From Desulfovibrionales bacterium (GTDB taxonomy: Bacteria > Desulfobacterota > Desulfovibrionia > Desulfovibrionales > JBKHAV01), in contig JBKHAV010000003.1 of assembly GCA_046542715.1 (NCBI GenBank), positions 1 to 61,609 of the forward strand: a DNA stretch of 61,609 nt. Direction: 5' to 3'. Under the pieces are notes generated by a model that ran no database searches, had not been told where the DNA came from, and saw only the letters and a program-made list of their open reading frames with translations. Each line of letters begins with the position of its first letter. Position 1 is the first letter of the stretch. Both the position numbers and the translations under genes were made by a program. Positions 26,067-35,648 of this stretch are shown one piece after another.

Positions 26067-27000
26067 AGTTTCGAACACTGCTCATCCGCTTCATCGCCCG
26101 GGTGAGCATGCCCTTGATGATCCGTGGAAGGGAGAATCGCTGGGGGTCGAGAACGGAAGGGGTGATGAATCCGGAGGCGTCGAAGTCTCGGGGAAGGGAC
26201 AGGGGGAAGGTGCATTCCTCGATGCGGGAGCCGGGAAGCGACCGGTTGCAGCATTCCTCCCAGAGGGGGACTTGCAGGGGGGCGAGGCCGAGGATGGTGC
26301 CCAGGGCGGTATCCAGAGGCACAGGGTCCCGGGCGGCTCCGAGAAGGCCCAAGGGCAAGGCTTTGCCCTTGATCGGCCCGGTGGTGTGCATGGCCACGAT
26401 GCCGTCCACGAGGGATGGCGCAGGCGGGAGGGCGAGCATGATCTCCACCAGCAGAGCCTGGAAACAGGAGTTTTTGTCCCCGTGGCGCAGGTGGGCCATG
26501 GCCTTGCGGGCACCGCAGACGCAGCCGAAAAGGTTCTTGATTGCCGCGCTGAGCCGCATCTGACCGTGGGCCTTGAGCCTGGGAATGTTCACAATGCAGT
26601 CCGTTTCCAGTGCCTGCCGGGAGAGGGAGATGGTGAGGCCTGAAGGCAGACGGACGGGAACAGGATTGTCCAGATTCACCAGGGGGACATCGAGAGGAGC
26701 GAGGACCCTGTCCAACCCGCACCGGGCAGCGACCTGAGCGGCTGAACCAAATGCAGGGGAATCGCCCACCCGGACGGAAAAGCCCATTTCGCGAAGCAGA
26801 AGGCAGACTGCTTCCACCACCAGGGGATGGGTGCAGGAGAGCACTGCGTTTCTTCCGGAGACGAGATTCGGTTTGACCAGAACGGTCCCGGTTTGTGCCG
26901 GATCGGGCAGGACCGGCGCAAGAACGGTTTCCAGAACCGAGAGGAGGGCTTTCCTTTCGTACTGTTTTTGGCCGTACAGTCGAACAGGGAAGGACATCAT
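26062..27000 (-). CDS. DUF362 domain protein
   Basis: VLVKPNLV .. HP.VV .. IVNIPRLKAH pattern typical of DUF362. 4-nt overlap with the upstream kinase gene. Confidence 0.7.
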   Translation of the reverse strand: MMSFPVRLYGQKQYERKALLSVLETVLAPVLPDPAQTGTVLVKPNLVSGRNAVLSCTHPLVVEAVCLLLREMGFSVRVGDSPAFGSAAQVAARCGLDRVLAPLDVPLVNLDNPVPVRLPSGLTISLSRQALETDCIVNIPRLKAHGQMRLSAAIKNLFGCVCGARKAMAHLRHGDKNSCFQALLVEIMLALPPAPSLVDGIVAMHTTGPIKGKALPLGLLGAARDPVPLDTALGTILGLAPLQVPLWEECCNRSLPGSRIEECTFPLSLPRDFDASGFITPSVLDPQRFSLPRIIKGMLTRAMKRMSSVRNS

Positions 27001-29789
27001 CCCTGGAGGACGTTTTGGAGCTTGGTGCTGATTTCTCCGATCGTGTAGGGCTTGAGCAGCACCTCTTTGAAACCGTAATCCCGGAATCTGGACATGACCG
27101 GATCCTGGGAATAACCGCTCGAGACGATCACTTTGGAACAGGGGTCCATTTTCATGAGTTTTTCGATGGCCTCCTTGCCGCCCATGCCGCCCGGGATGGT
27201 CAGGTCCATGATCACGGCGTCAAATGTTCCGTTGTTTTGCATGGCGTCGCCATAAAGCTGAAGCGCCTCCCTGCCGTCCCGGGCAAAGACCGGAGTATAC
27301 CCGAGAAATTCAAGGGCGTCCTTGAGAAGATCCCGCAGGCTCGCCTCATCGTCCATGACCAGTATTCGGCCCTTTCCCTGAACAATTTCCTCGTCGGCAG
27401 GGGGGACGTCAGGGCAGGAGATATGGTCAAGGGCGGGCAGATAGAGAGTGAAATTCGTTCCGACGTCGACCTTGGACTCGACTTCGATATGTCCGTGGTG
27501 ATTTTGAATGATCGAATACGTGGTCGCCAAGCCCAGGCCGCTGCCTTGTTCCTTGGTGGTGTAGTAGGGATCGAAAATCTTGTCGAGGTTTTCCAAAGGA
27601 ATCCCGGACCCCTGGTCCTGAACTTCGATGCAGACATAGTTTCCCGAAGGGAGCGGAATCGCTGCCTCCTCCACGATGCAGACATTTCTGGCTCGAACGG
27701 TAATTTCACCACCCTCGGGCATGGACTGGACAGCATTGATCACCAGATTGTCCAGGACCTGGACGAGTTGCCCGCGGTCGGCTTCAATGGGCCAGAGATC
27801 TTCTGGGATTTCGGCTGTACAGCGGACATTCGACCCCTGCAGGGTAAAGTCCACAGCCTCTCGGACAAGGGCTTCAAGTGACAGAGCTTCCTTGATGGGA
27901 GCCCCCCCCTTGGAGAAGGTCAGGAGCTGATTGGAAAGCTTTTGAGCCCTGGAAACAGCCGTTTCAGCCTTGCTCAGGTTCTGGCTGACGGTTTCGTCGT
28001 AACTGGTCCTGAGACGGGCCAGGGCGATATTGTTCAAGACGGCTGTCAGTATATTGTTGAAATCATGAGCAATACCTCCGGCCAAAAGACCCAGTGAAGA
28101 GAGCTTTTCCGATTTCCGGTGCTCTTCCTCCATTTTTTTCTGCCTGGTGATGTCACGAAACACAATGACCGCTCCCCGCACCTGGTTGTGGCCATCGAGT
28201 ATTGGGGACACAGACTGGGCCACGTGGATCTCCCGACCGTCCAGTGAGCGCAGCACAGCCTCTTTCTCAAGCAGGGTTGCGCTCTCCTGACGGGACATCC
28301 CGGCACTTATGGGTACCGGAGACATGGTCCGGTATGCCATGGTGAACTCTTTTCCCCGGGCGGCGTTTTGTGTCCACCCGGTGAGCTTTTCCGCCACCGG
28401 ATTCATCATGATGATGCGACCGTTGATATCCGTGGTGATGACCCCGTCCCCAATGGAGCGAAGCGTGGTGGTGAGAAGGTCCTTTTCAGAGGCCAGGGCC
28501 TGCTCGATGGCCCGACGGCCTGTTATTTCCTCCTTGAGCATGAGGTTGGCCTCCGACAGTTCAGCTGTCCTGTCCCTGACCTTTTGTTCCAAAAGTTCCT
28601 GGATCCGTTGCTGCTCCTGCTCGGCCTGCTTGCGGCGCGTGACGTCACGAATCACTGCAACCTGATGGGTTCCCTTGTGCGTTTGGATAACGGAAAGGGA
28701 GATCTCGACTGGAAAGGTGGTACCGTCGGCCCGCCGGATCTCGTAATCGACATTGCGAATGGAAGTATTTCGGTTCAGGGAGAGCAAAGACAGGTCTTTT
28801 CCGGACGTTTCCATCACAAGCTTGATCGATTCCGGAAAATTCGGTCCAAGGAGTTCAGCGATTTCCTTTGCCGTGCAGCTTTCAACCGGCAGGGCGAGCA
28901 TCCTGCATATCTGGGGGTTGAATTGAATGATATTGCCCGTGGAGTCGCTGACAAGGAGTCCGTCAGCAATGTTGTCCACCACGACAGTGAGGAAGTTCAA
29001 AGTGTCCTGGAGGTCGGCGGTGGCGTTCTCTACGGCGTTTTCAAGTCCTGTGATCATGGTTTTCAGTTCGCCGCCCATGGTCTTCATGTTTCTGGCCAGA
29101 ACACCGACTTCATCATTGGTCTCGATTTCGAGCTTTGCGGAAAAATCGTGGGCGGCAAGACTGTTCGCATATCCGGTGAGCTGGTTCAGCGGCCGGGAGA
29201 TCCGGTTGACCATGAAGTATGCTGCCACCGCGCTGCAGGCAAAGATGGCCAGCGTGAGCAGAAGCAGCTTGGATATCGTGGCCCAGATGAGGTCTTTTAC
29301 GGACTGAAGGTCCATGCCCACATGGATGGAGCCGGCCGCTCCTGAAAGGATGGGCGCGGAAATGTCCAGGAAGCTCCCCTGCCCGGGGATCAGGATGGTG
29401 CTGAAGGTGTGCTCGGGCACATCGCCGGATTCGTCCGGTTCGCGGTGGTTTCCGGCGGCGGTCATGTCGAGTACGGAACCGGGGACCTGGGGCACGAACG
29501 TGTGGGCGATGATCTCCCTGTCAACGCTTTCATAGAACACATAGGAGATGGACTCGATCTCGAGCAGCTGGTCGATGAGGGACTGTATCGTTGTCGCGTC
29601 CTTGTTCAGGAGGATGTCCAGGCTGGTGCTGGAGATGGATTTGGCAATGGCCAGGGCTTTGCTTTTATGTTCCTCCAGGACCTGGTCATATATGAAGACG
29701 GCTGAAAACGCGGAGATCGTCACTGCCACCGCCGCAAAGAGGGCGATGAAGAGCGCAAGGGTTTTTTTGAACAGTCTGGAGAGTTTCAT
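26997..29789 (-). CDS. hybrid sensor histidine kinase (periplasmic sensor, HAMP, 2x PAS, HisKA, HATPase, REC)
   Basis: Two TM segments flank a ~150-aa periplasmic region. H-box GGIAHDFNNILT. G-boxes DQGSGIP and GSGLGLA. C-terminal receiver ILVMDDE..VIMDLTIPG. Confidence 0.9.
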   Translation of the reverse strand: MKLSRLFKKTLALFIALFAAVAVTISAFSAVFIYDQVLEEHKSKALAIAKSISSTSLDILLNKDATTIQSLIDQLLEIESISYVFYESVDREIIAHTFVPQVPGSVLDMTAAGNHREPDESGDVPEHTFSTILIPGQGSFLDISAPILSGAAGSIHVGMDLQSVKDLIWATISKLLLLTLAIFACSAVAAYFMVNRISRPLNQLTGYANSLAAHDFSAKLEIETNDEVGVLARNMKTMGGELKTMITGLENAVENATADLQDTLNFLTVVVDNIADGLLVSDSTGNIIQFNPQICRMLALPVESCTAKEIAELLGPNFPESIKLVMETSGKDLSLLSLNRNTSIRNVDYEIRRADGTTFPVEISLSVIQTHKGTHQVAVIRDVTRRKQAEQEQQRIQELLEQKVRDRTAELSEANLMLKEEITGRRAIEQALASEKDLLTTTLRSIGDGVITTDINGRIIMMNPVAEKLTGWTQNAARGKEFTMAYRTMSPVPISAGMSRQESATLLEKEAVLRSLDGREIHVAQSVSPILDGHNQVRGAVIVFRDITRQKKMEEEHRKSEKLSSLGLLAGGIAHDFNNILTAVLNNIALARLRTSYDETVSQNLSKAETAVSRAQKLSNQLLTFSKGGAPIKEALSLEALVREAVDFTLQGSNVRCTAEIPEDLWPIEADRGQLVQVLDNLVINAVQSMPEGGEITVRARNVCIVEEAAIPLPSGNYVCIEVQDQGSGIPLENLDKIFDPYYTTKEQGSGLGLATTYSIIQNHHGHIEVESKVDVGTNFTLYLPALDHISCPDVPPADEEIVQGKGRILVMDDEASLRDLLKDALEFLGYTPVFARDGREALQLYGDAMQNNGTFDAVIMDLTIPGGMGGKEAIEKLMKMDPCSKVIVSSGYSQDPVMSRFRDYGFKEVLLKPYTIGEISTKLQNVLQG

Positions 29790-31027
29790 CGAGCCCAGAC
29801 GCTCCAGTCGTTCAGCGGAACGATTTTCCCATGCTTCAGGGTGGAATAAAAAATGCGGTCCATGCCCTGATGATCGTCCCGTCCGAACTCAATGTTGCTG
29901 TTGATTCCGAGGTCAAATCTTTTGATCGATTCCAGGGCGTCCCGAACCTTGGTCCTCGTGATGGGAGGTGGGACCTTCCGCAGGGCATGGACCAGAAGCT
30001 TGGCATTCAAAAACCCTTCAAAACTCGTGGCGCTGAACTGGCGGGGGGCATAGTCCTTCAGGTCGAAATTTGCGGGCAGGACCACAGGGCTTGTGGTCAT
30101 GACAGTATGATATTCACGCCCGGCCGGGAGGTGCTGGTCGCCGTAAAAGGGGAAGACATGGCTGAAAACGAGATTTTGGGTCAGATCCTTGTTCTGTCGG
30201 GCAGATTCCTGAGCCAGAAGTTCGGCCTGGCGCTCCTTGCCGGCAAACGAGAGGCTGGCAATAGGTATGGAATCCAGTCCGTTCAGCCTGGCATCGCGGA
30301 TGAACGCGGAGCAGGCGGCATAAGCCCCGATAGTGATGATGGCGTCGGGCCTGGAGCGGGCGAGGATCTCCACCTGCCGTTCCATGGAATCGGAAACGCC
30401 TGCCCCCCGGCGATAGGTTGCCTCGGCCACGATATTCAGGCCGTGGTCGTGGAGTGCCTGCCGAACACCGACCACACCGCTTCGGCCATAAGCATCCACC
30501 TGATAGAACACGGCAATCCGTTTTCGGCCGGCGCGCACGAAATTGTCCACCAGCCCTTTGGTCTCCTGCCCGTAGGAGCCCCTGAGATTGAAGACCTGAT
30601 CTGAATAGGGCGGGGTCCTGAGGAGTTCCGCACCGCTGAAAGGGAAGAGAAGCACAAAGTTCTGATCGCTGTAGCGTTTCAACACCGGGAGAATTCGGGT
30701 CACTGTGGGAGTGCCGAAATACTGGAAGAGAAGCAGGACCCTGTCGCGTTCGATCAGCTGGATGGTGTTGGAAACCGTGGGGTCGGGATTGTATCCGTCA
30801 TCATAGGCCTGGATCCGAATTGTCCTGCCGTTGATGCCCCCGTTTCGGTTCACATGGTTGAAGTAGGCCGTGGCCCCGCGATACAGTTCAATGCCCAGGG
30901 CGCGGGAGGGTCCGCTGAAGGGAGCCGACATCCCCAAAACGATCTCCTCGTCACCCGCCGGGGCCTCCGCCCGGGCGGGGCACTGGAAAAGCAGCAGCAG
31001 CGCAAGAAGCAGGAGCACGTGTTTCAT
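29786..31027 (-). CDS. periplasmic substrate-binding protein (type 1 PBP, Leu/Ile/Val-binding-like)
   Basis: Signal peptide MKHVLLLLALLLLFQCPARA; PBP1-like length and pattern. 4-nt overlap with the kinase gene. Confidence 0.75.
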   Translation of the reverse strand: MKHVLLLLALLLLFQCPARAEAPAGDEEIVLGMSAPFSGPSRALGIELYRGATAYFNHVNRNGGINGRTIRIQAYDDGYNPDPTVSNTIQLIERDRVLLLFQYFGTPTVTRILPVLKRYSDQNFVLLFPFSGAELLRTPPYSDQVFNLRGSYGQETKGLVDNFVRAGRKRIAVFYQVDAYGRSGVVGVRQALHDHGLNIVAEATYRRGAGVSDSMERQVEILARSRPDAIITIGAYAACSAFIRDARLNGLDSIPIASLSFAGKERQAELLAQESARQNKDLTQNLVFSHVFPFYGDQHLPAGREYHTVMTTSPVVLPANFDLKDYAPRQFSATSFEGFLNAKLLVHALRKVPPPITRTKVRDALESIKRFDLGINSNIEFGRDDHQGMDRIFYSTLKHGKIVPLNDWSVWAR

Positions 31028-31246
31028 GAATTTGTCTCTGGAGTGACAATCCCGGGGCGGTTATTCAGTCCACCTGCGACAGGTTTCAGTAACCGTGGGG
31101 CTGCGGTGGACCACACTGTTCTCGTAAATCCGAAACTGGCGGCGAAAGGAACATAGCGAACGGATTGACATATCTACAACCAATGCAATTTAAGGGCCGG
31201 TGGAATGTATTCCCGGGTACATACGTTGTCGTGTCGATGCCCGGTG

Positions 31247-31864
31247 TCATATCAACCTGTACTGTTCCAGCTGTTTGAAAAACGACCTTTTGTTCTCATA
31301 AACGATGGAGTGCAGCCCCCTGGATTCTGCCCGCTGTACATTGCCGGGACTGTCATCGATAAAGAGGGCGTCCTGCGCGGGTTTGCCCAGTATCTGCAAA
31401 ATCAGATCGAACATTGCAGGATCTTTTTTTGATATGTGGAGCCGATAACTGTTGAAGACGTGGTCGAACGTGGCGAAGAAATCGTGCACCCGGTCCAGTT
31501 CCTCCAGCCAATTGACCTGATCCGAAAGGATGGCTGTGGTGATGCCCCGGCTGCTCCACTCTCGAACCAGATCCATCATCCAGGGGCGCAGCACGAAACG
31601 GGAGAGGATTTCATTGCGCAAGGCGGCATCGGAACCGCTGATTCCGGTTGCGCGACGCAAAAGCGACCAGAATTCCGCCTCGGTTGCCGTCCCGGTCACA
31701 TATCCGCTTTCATACACGATGTCCCGGGCTGTGATGAAGAACTCCTCGGCATCTTTCCCGTTCTGTGCGGCAATGGTTTTGAGTCCCTCGCGGAACCCTT
31801 CCTCTGCAATCACGCCGCCGAAATCGAGAAGAACCGTCGTGATGGGAATTATCCTGTCGATCAT
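31247..31864 (-). CDS. HAD-superfamily hydrolase (subfamily IA-like)
   Basis: Motif I variant VLLDFGGVI. Motif IV FIDDSPGNV. ATGA overlap with the upstream gene. Confidence 0.8.
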   Translation of the reverse strand: MIDRIIPITTVLLDFGGVIAEEGFREGLKTIAAQNGKDAEEFFITARDIVYESGYVTGTATEAEFWSLLRRATGISGSDAALRNEILSRFVLRPWMMDLVREWSSRGITTAILSDQVNWLEELDRVHDFFATFDHVFNSYRLHISKKDPAMFDLILQILGKPAQDALFIDDSPGNVQRAESRGLHSIVYENKRSFFKQLEQYRLI

Positions 31865-33030
31865 ACGTATCCCTGTACAGGATCGTTTCTGTCGGCGACC
31901 CGCTTCATCCATCGAAACGAGCGTTGTCCCTGGATCGTCTCTTCCATCTGTTTTTGGAACGAGCGGACCAGTGTTCCGAGAAATCGAAAGTCGAACGGCT
32001 TCAGACATGTGAAGGTAAACCAGCGCCACATGGCGATGTAGCGCATTTCACTGAGAAGTGTCGTTGAAAGGGCGCGGGAATAGTACGTCATGGCTGATTC
32101 GGGGTTGTCCGCTGCCCGGATGATCGCCTTGGCGGCAAGCAGGCCGCTGGCGTGGGCATAGTATATCCCTTCACCCAGGAGGGGGTCGACAAGGCCGCAG
32201 GCGTCACCTGCCAGAAGCACTCGGCCATGTCCGGGGGGGACAAGGGGGTTTCCGTAGGGAAGAGGATGCCCCTTGATGCGGCATGTGTTCGGGTCAAGGG
32301 AGAGGCGGGAGAGAAACTCCTTGAAAAGCTTGGTGAAATCGCCTCTGGAATGGGAATTAAGCCCGCAAAGCCCGAGTACCTGATGATCCTTTCCCGGAAA
32401 AGACCACCCATACCCCCAGGGGATGCATCCAAAATACAACACAGGATACGTGGTGCGCACCCCAGGGGCCGTGGCAAAGGTTTCCACTGCCGTGGCCAGC
32501 CCCTGCTGCCAGCGGCCGCGAACCAGTTTTCTTCGCATCAGTGTTCTGCGCACCAGGCTGTTGGCCCCGTCTGCGCCGATGATGAACCGGGCCCGGACCC
32601 TGTGCCCGCTTTTCATCTGGGCGGTGCCGGACAAGGGATCCAGCCGGACGACCGGGTCGTTCAACCGAAGTTCTCCCCCGTGTGCAGCCGCACGGTTCAG
32701 GAGCATGTGATCATAGGTGGTGCGCTGAACAAAGTGGAAAGGATAGTCCAAGGTACCGTTGGCAAGCAGGCTTCTTTGGCCCCTGATGGCGTATTCTGTA
32801 GAGCTGTGGTGGATAATGCCTTCATGGATGAGATCGTCCCTTCCGGTGCCGAAGACCCCTTCGAGGATCTGGATGGTCTTTCGGGTGAGAAGGCCGGCGC
32901 AGAGTTTTGGTCTGGGGAAGGATTCACGGTCCACAAGCAGGACGGAACGTCCGGTGCGTGCGAGGAGATGGCAGGCCGTGGCTCCGGCAGGCCCTCCTCC
33001 AATGATGAGAACGTCGATGGGAGTATCCAT
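31861..33030 (-). CDS. FAD-dependent oxidoreductase, geranylgeranyl-reductase family
   Basis: DVLIIGGGPAGATACHLLAR dinucleotide motif, ..KLCAGLLT.., LLAGDACGLVDPLLGEGI. ATG 33030 preferred over TTG 33063. Confidence 0.8.
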   Translation of the reverse strand: MDTPIDVLIIGGGPAGATACHLLARTGRSVLLVDRESFPRPKLCAGLLTRKTIQILEGVFGTGRDDLIHEGIIHHSSTEYAIRGQRSLLANGTLDYPFHFVQRTTYDHMLLNRAAAHGGELRLNDPVVRLDPLSGTAQMKSGHRVRARFIIGADGANSLVRRTLMRRKLVRGRWQQGLATAVETFATAPGVRTTYPVLYFGCIPWGYGWSFPGKDHQVLGLCGLNSHSRGDFTKLFKEFLSRLSLDPNTCRIKGHPLPYGNPLVPPGHGRVLLAGDACGLVDPLLGEGIYYAHASGLLAAKAIIRAADNPESAMTYYSRALSTTLLSEMRYIAMWRWFTFTCLKPFDFRFLGTLVRSFQKQMEETIQGQRSFRWMKRVADRNDPVQGYV

Positions 33031-33204
33031 AAATGTGCTGCATGCATGAAGGGTTATTCTCAACCCAAAGCATTATCCGGCAAGCCTTTCCTTGTAAACC
33101 GTATTCCCGTTACTCCCGGAGGTTCCAAAAAGACGTTTTTCAATATATGCTTCCCTGGTTTGTTTGGGTTCCGATTTTTCAACGCAAGCAGAAACGAGGG
33201 GTGT

Positions 33205-33492
33205 ATGGAAAAGGAAAAGATTGAGATCAAACAGCAAATGTCCCTGGAAGAACTCGTTATTTACCTGGAAGACATGACGGAAAGCCTGAAGCAGGGTCGA
33301 CTGGTGATCGAGCAGGGTGAGGAGTACGTCACTCTCGAACCGGAGCGTGCAGTCGACGTCAAGGTCAAGGCCAAGCACAAGGAAGACAAGGTCAAGGTCA
33401 AGGTCGAATTCTCCTGGAGTACCGGTGAGGAAAAAGAGGAGGAGGCTGAACTCGAAATCACCTCTGAACTGCCTGAAGAAGAGAAGGCTTAG
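33205..33492 (+). CDS. amphi-Trp domain protein (95 aa, highly charged)
   Basis: Only the last 95 codons of track ORF 32152..33492 are non-antisense. Sequence runs MEKEKIEIKQQMSLEELVIYLEDM...KVKVKVEFSW...EEEAELEI, the alternating charged strands with a single Trp as in TIGR04354. Confidence 0.6.
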   Translation: MEKEKIEIKQQMSLEELVIYLEDMTESLKQGRLVIEQGEEYVTLEPERAVDVKVKAKHKEDKVKVKVEFSWSTGEEKEEEAELEITSELPEEEKA

Positions 33493-33754
33493 AAGCACTG
33501 CCATCGATGTTGCGGGGCCTATGGCGGCATTGCCCTGTCAATTGAAATCCACCGGCAGCATGGGCTCAATCTCATAGCTGCCGGGGTGTTGTGTCCCTGC
33601 CGATTGCCGAGCTACCCTCCCCGGGGGTGGACAAGCCCTGTTCACAGCTCTCCATCTTGACAGCATTCCCGCCTCTTCCCCCATCAGTTACTTTCGAGGA
33701 TTGCCACTTTGCTGCAAGAGTGCGACAATGCTCAAAAAATGCAAGTGAGTGTGC

Positions 33755-35590
33755 ATGGCCCCAAGATATGGACTGACATCTTTTCCCCCCGGTTTCTTCC
33801 GGGTCCTGGCCGTGCTGATCCTCGCCGCACTGTTTGATGTGACAGGCGTGGCCCGGGCGCAGGAACACGGTGTTGATTCAGGACGCGGTGACCGGCCTTC
33901 CTACAGCGTCACTTTCCAGGGCATCGATGACGATGATCTGGAGGAGTTGCTCCGAGCGGCTTCGGATGCCGTTGCCTATCAGGACAATCCGCCCCTGACG
34001 GTAAATCTCCTCAGGGCCAGGGCCCGGGAGGACATTCCGGATATCGAAGCAGCACTGGAGTCCTGGGGCTACTTCAAAGCGTCGGTTGCAGTCACTGTCA
34101 GGGAGGAAAAGACACCGACTGAGGTAGTCTTCTCCATCGAACCGGGGCCGGCCTTCAGGCTGGCTTCCGTCAGCATCGAGGCGGCGGAAGGCTCAGCGGA
34201 AAAACCCCTTCCCGCCCCTTCTGACCTGGACCTGGAAAGCGGTCCCTTCCGGGCGCAGCAGATCCTGGATGCCCGGGGCAAAATTCTGGATATCGTCGGC
34301 CGCAGGGGGTATCCCTACCCGAAGATCGCAGCCATGGATGTGGTGGCTGACCATGCCGTGAACCGGGTGAGTGTGACATACCTGGTGGACGCTGGTCCTG
34401 AGGGCAGATTCGGGGAAGCCGAAATCCAGGGTTTGAAGAGGGTGGAGGAGCAATACGTCCGAACGCTTCTGCCCTGGGAGCCCGGAGATGCGTATGACGA
34501 TTCCAAGCTTGCCCAGGCCCGGGAAAAGATCATAAAGACCGGTCTGTTCGGCGCAGTGGAGATCCGCAGGGCCAAATCCCTGAACGAGGAGGGCAGGCTG
34601 CCGCTGACCCTTGTGCTCAAGGAGCGCAAGCATCGCACCGTGAAGGCGGGAGTCAACTACACCTCTGATTTCGGGTTGGGCGTGAGCTTCGGGTGGGAAA
34701 ACCGGAACTATTTTGGAACTGGGGAAGTGGCAAATCTGGAGCTTGAAGCAAATCAGATCACCCAATCCCTGTCTGCAGGGTTCGTCAAACCCAATTTCTT
34801 CCGGGAGGATCGACGGCTGGTTCTCAGGTCGGTTCTGGCCAACGAGGATACGGATGCTTATAAAAGCACAGGCATCAAGAACACGGCCCGGATCGAGCGC
34901 ATCCTGACCGATGACATCACTTTGGGAGCCGGTGTGGGGTATGATTTCCTGCGCATCGAAGAGAATGATTCCACAGACAATTTTTCCCTGTTCTCCTTTC
35001 CCCTGTCCATGAACGTGAACAAGGTTGAGGACCCGTTGGACCCGTCCCAGGGGTTTGTCTTCGATGCCGGGGTCACGCCCTATGCAGAACTCTTCGGTGA
35101 GGACATCCGCTACCTCAAGTACGATCTTTCAGGAAGCGGCTATCTACAGCTGATTGGGGAAAAACGGCTGATCATGGCCGGAAGGGCGCGCTACGGGCAG
35201 ATTCTGGGGGCAAGGACCGGGCGCGTGCCGGCAACGGAGCGGTTCTTTGCCGGCGGCGGCGGGTCGGTCCGGGGATATCCCTATCAAAGCCTCAGCCCTT
35301 TGGACGACGAAGACGATCCCATCGGCGGCCAGTCCGTGGTCGAGCTTTCCGGGGAGCTGCGGCTGAGGACCAGCGACAAGACCGGCGTGGTTGCCTTTCT
35401 GGATGGAGGCCGGGCCTATGAGGACGATGTTCCCAATTTCGGCGAAGAACTCTTCTGGGGTGCCGGCCTGGGATTTCGCTACTTCACCGCGATCGGACCC
35501 ATTCGGCTCGATGTGGCCGTCCCCCTTGATGATCGCCAGGGTGTGAGCGACAAATTCCAGGTGTACGTGAGCATCGGGCAGGCATTCTAG
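33755..35590 (+). CDS. tamA: TamA/BamA-family (Omp85) outer membrane protein
   Basis: Signal peptide, POTRA-like N-terminal repeats, C-terminal surface-antigen barrel ending ..VYVSIGQAF. Lies immediately upstream of tamB. Confidence 0.85.
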   Translation: MAPRYGLTSFPPGFFRVLAVLILAALFDVTGVARAQEHGVDSGRGDRPSYSVTFQGIDDDDLEELLRAASDAVAYQDNPPLTVNLLRARAREDIPDIEAALESWGYFKASVAVTVREEKTPTEVVFSIEPGPAFRLASVSIEAAEGSAEKPLPAPSDLDLESGPFRAQQILDARGKILDIVGRRGYPYPKIAAMDVVADHAVNRVSVTYLVDAGPEGRFGEAEIQGLKRVEEQYVRTLLPWEPGDAYDDSKLAQAREKIIKTGLFGAVEIRRAKSLNEEGRLPLTLVLKERKHRTVKAGVNYTSDFGLGVSFGWENRNYFGTGEVANLELEANQITQSLSAGFVKPNFFREDRRLVLRSVLANEDTDAYKSTGIKNTARIERILTDDITLGAGVGYDFLRIEENDSTDNFSLFSFPLSMNVNKVEDPLDPSQGFVFDAGVTPYAELFGEDIRYLKYDLSGSGYLQLIGEKRLIMAGRARYGQILGARTGRVPATERFFAGGGGSVRGYPYQSLSPLDDEDDPIGGQSVVELSGELRLRTSDKTGVVAFLDGGRAYEDDVPNFGEELFWGAGLGFRYFTAIGPIRLDVAVPLDDRQGVSDKFQVYVSIGQAF

Positions 35591-35648
35591 CAATTCATCG
35601 AACATGCAATCCCCCGGTTCAGGCCGGGAGGATCGGAACGAACAGGAT

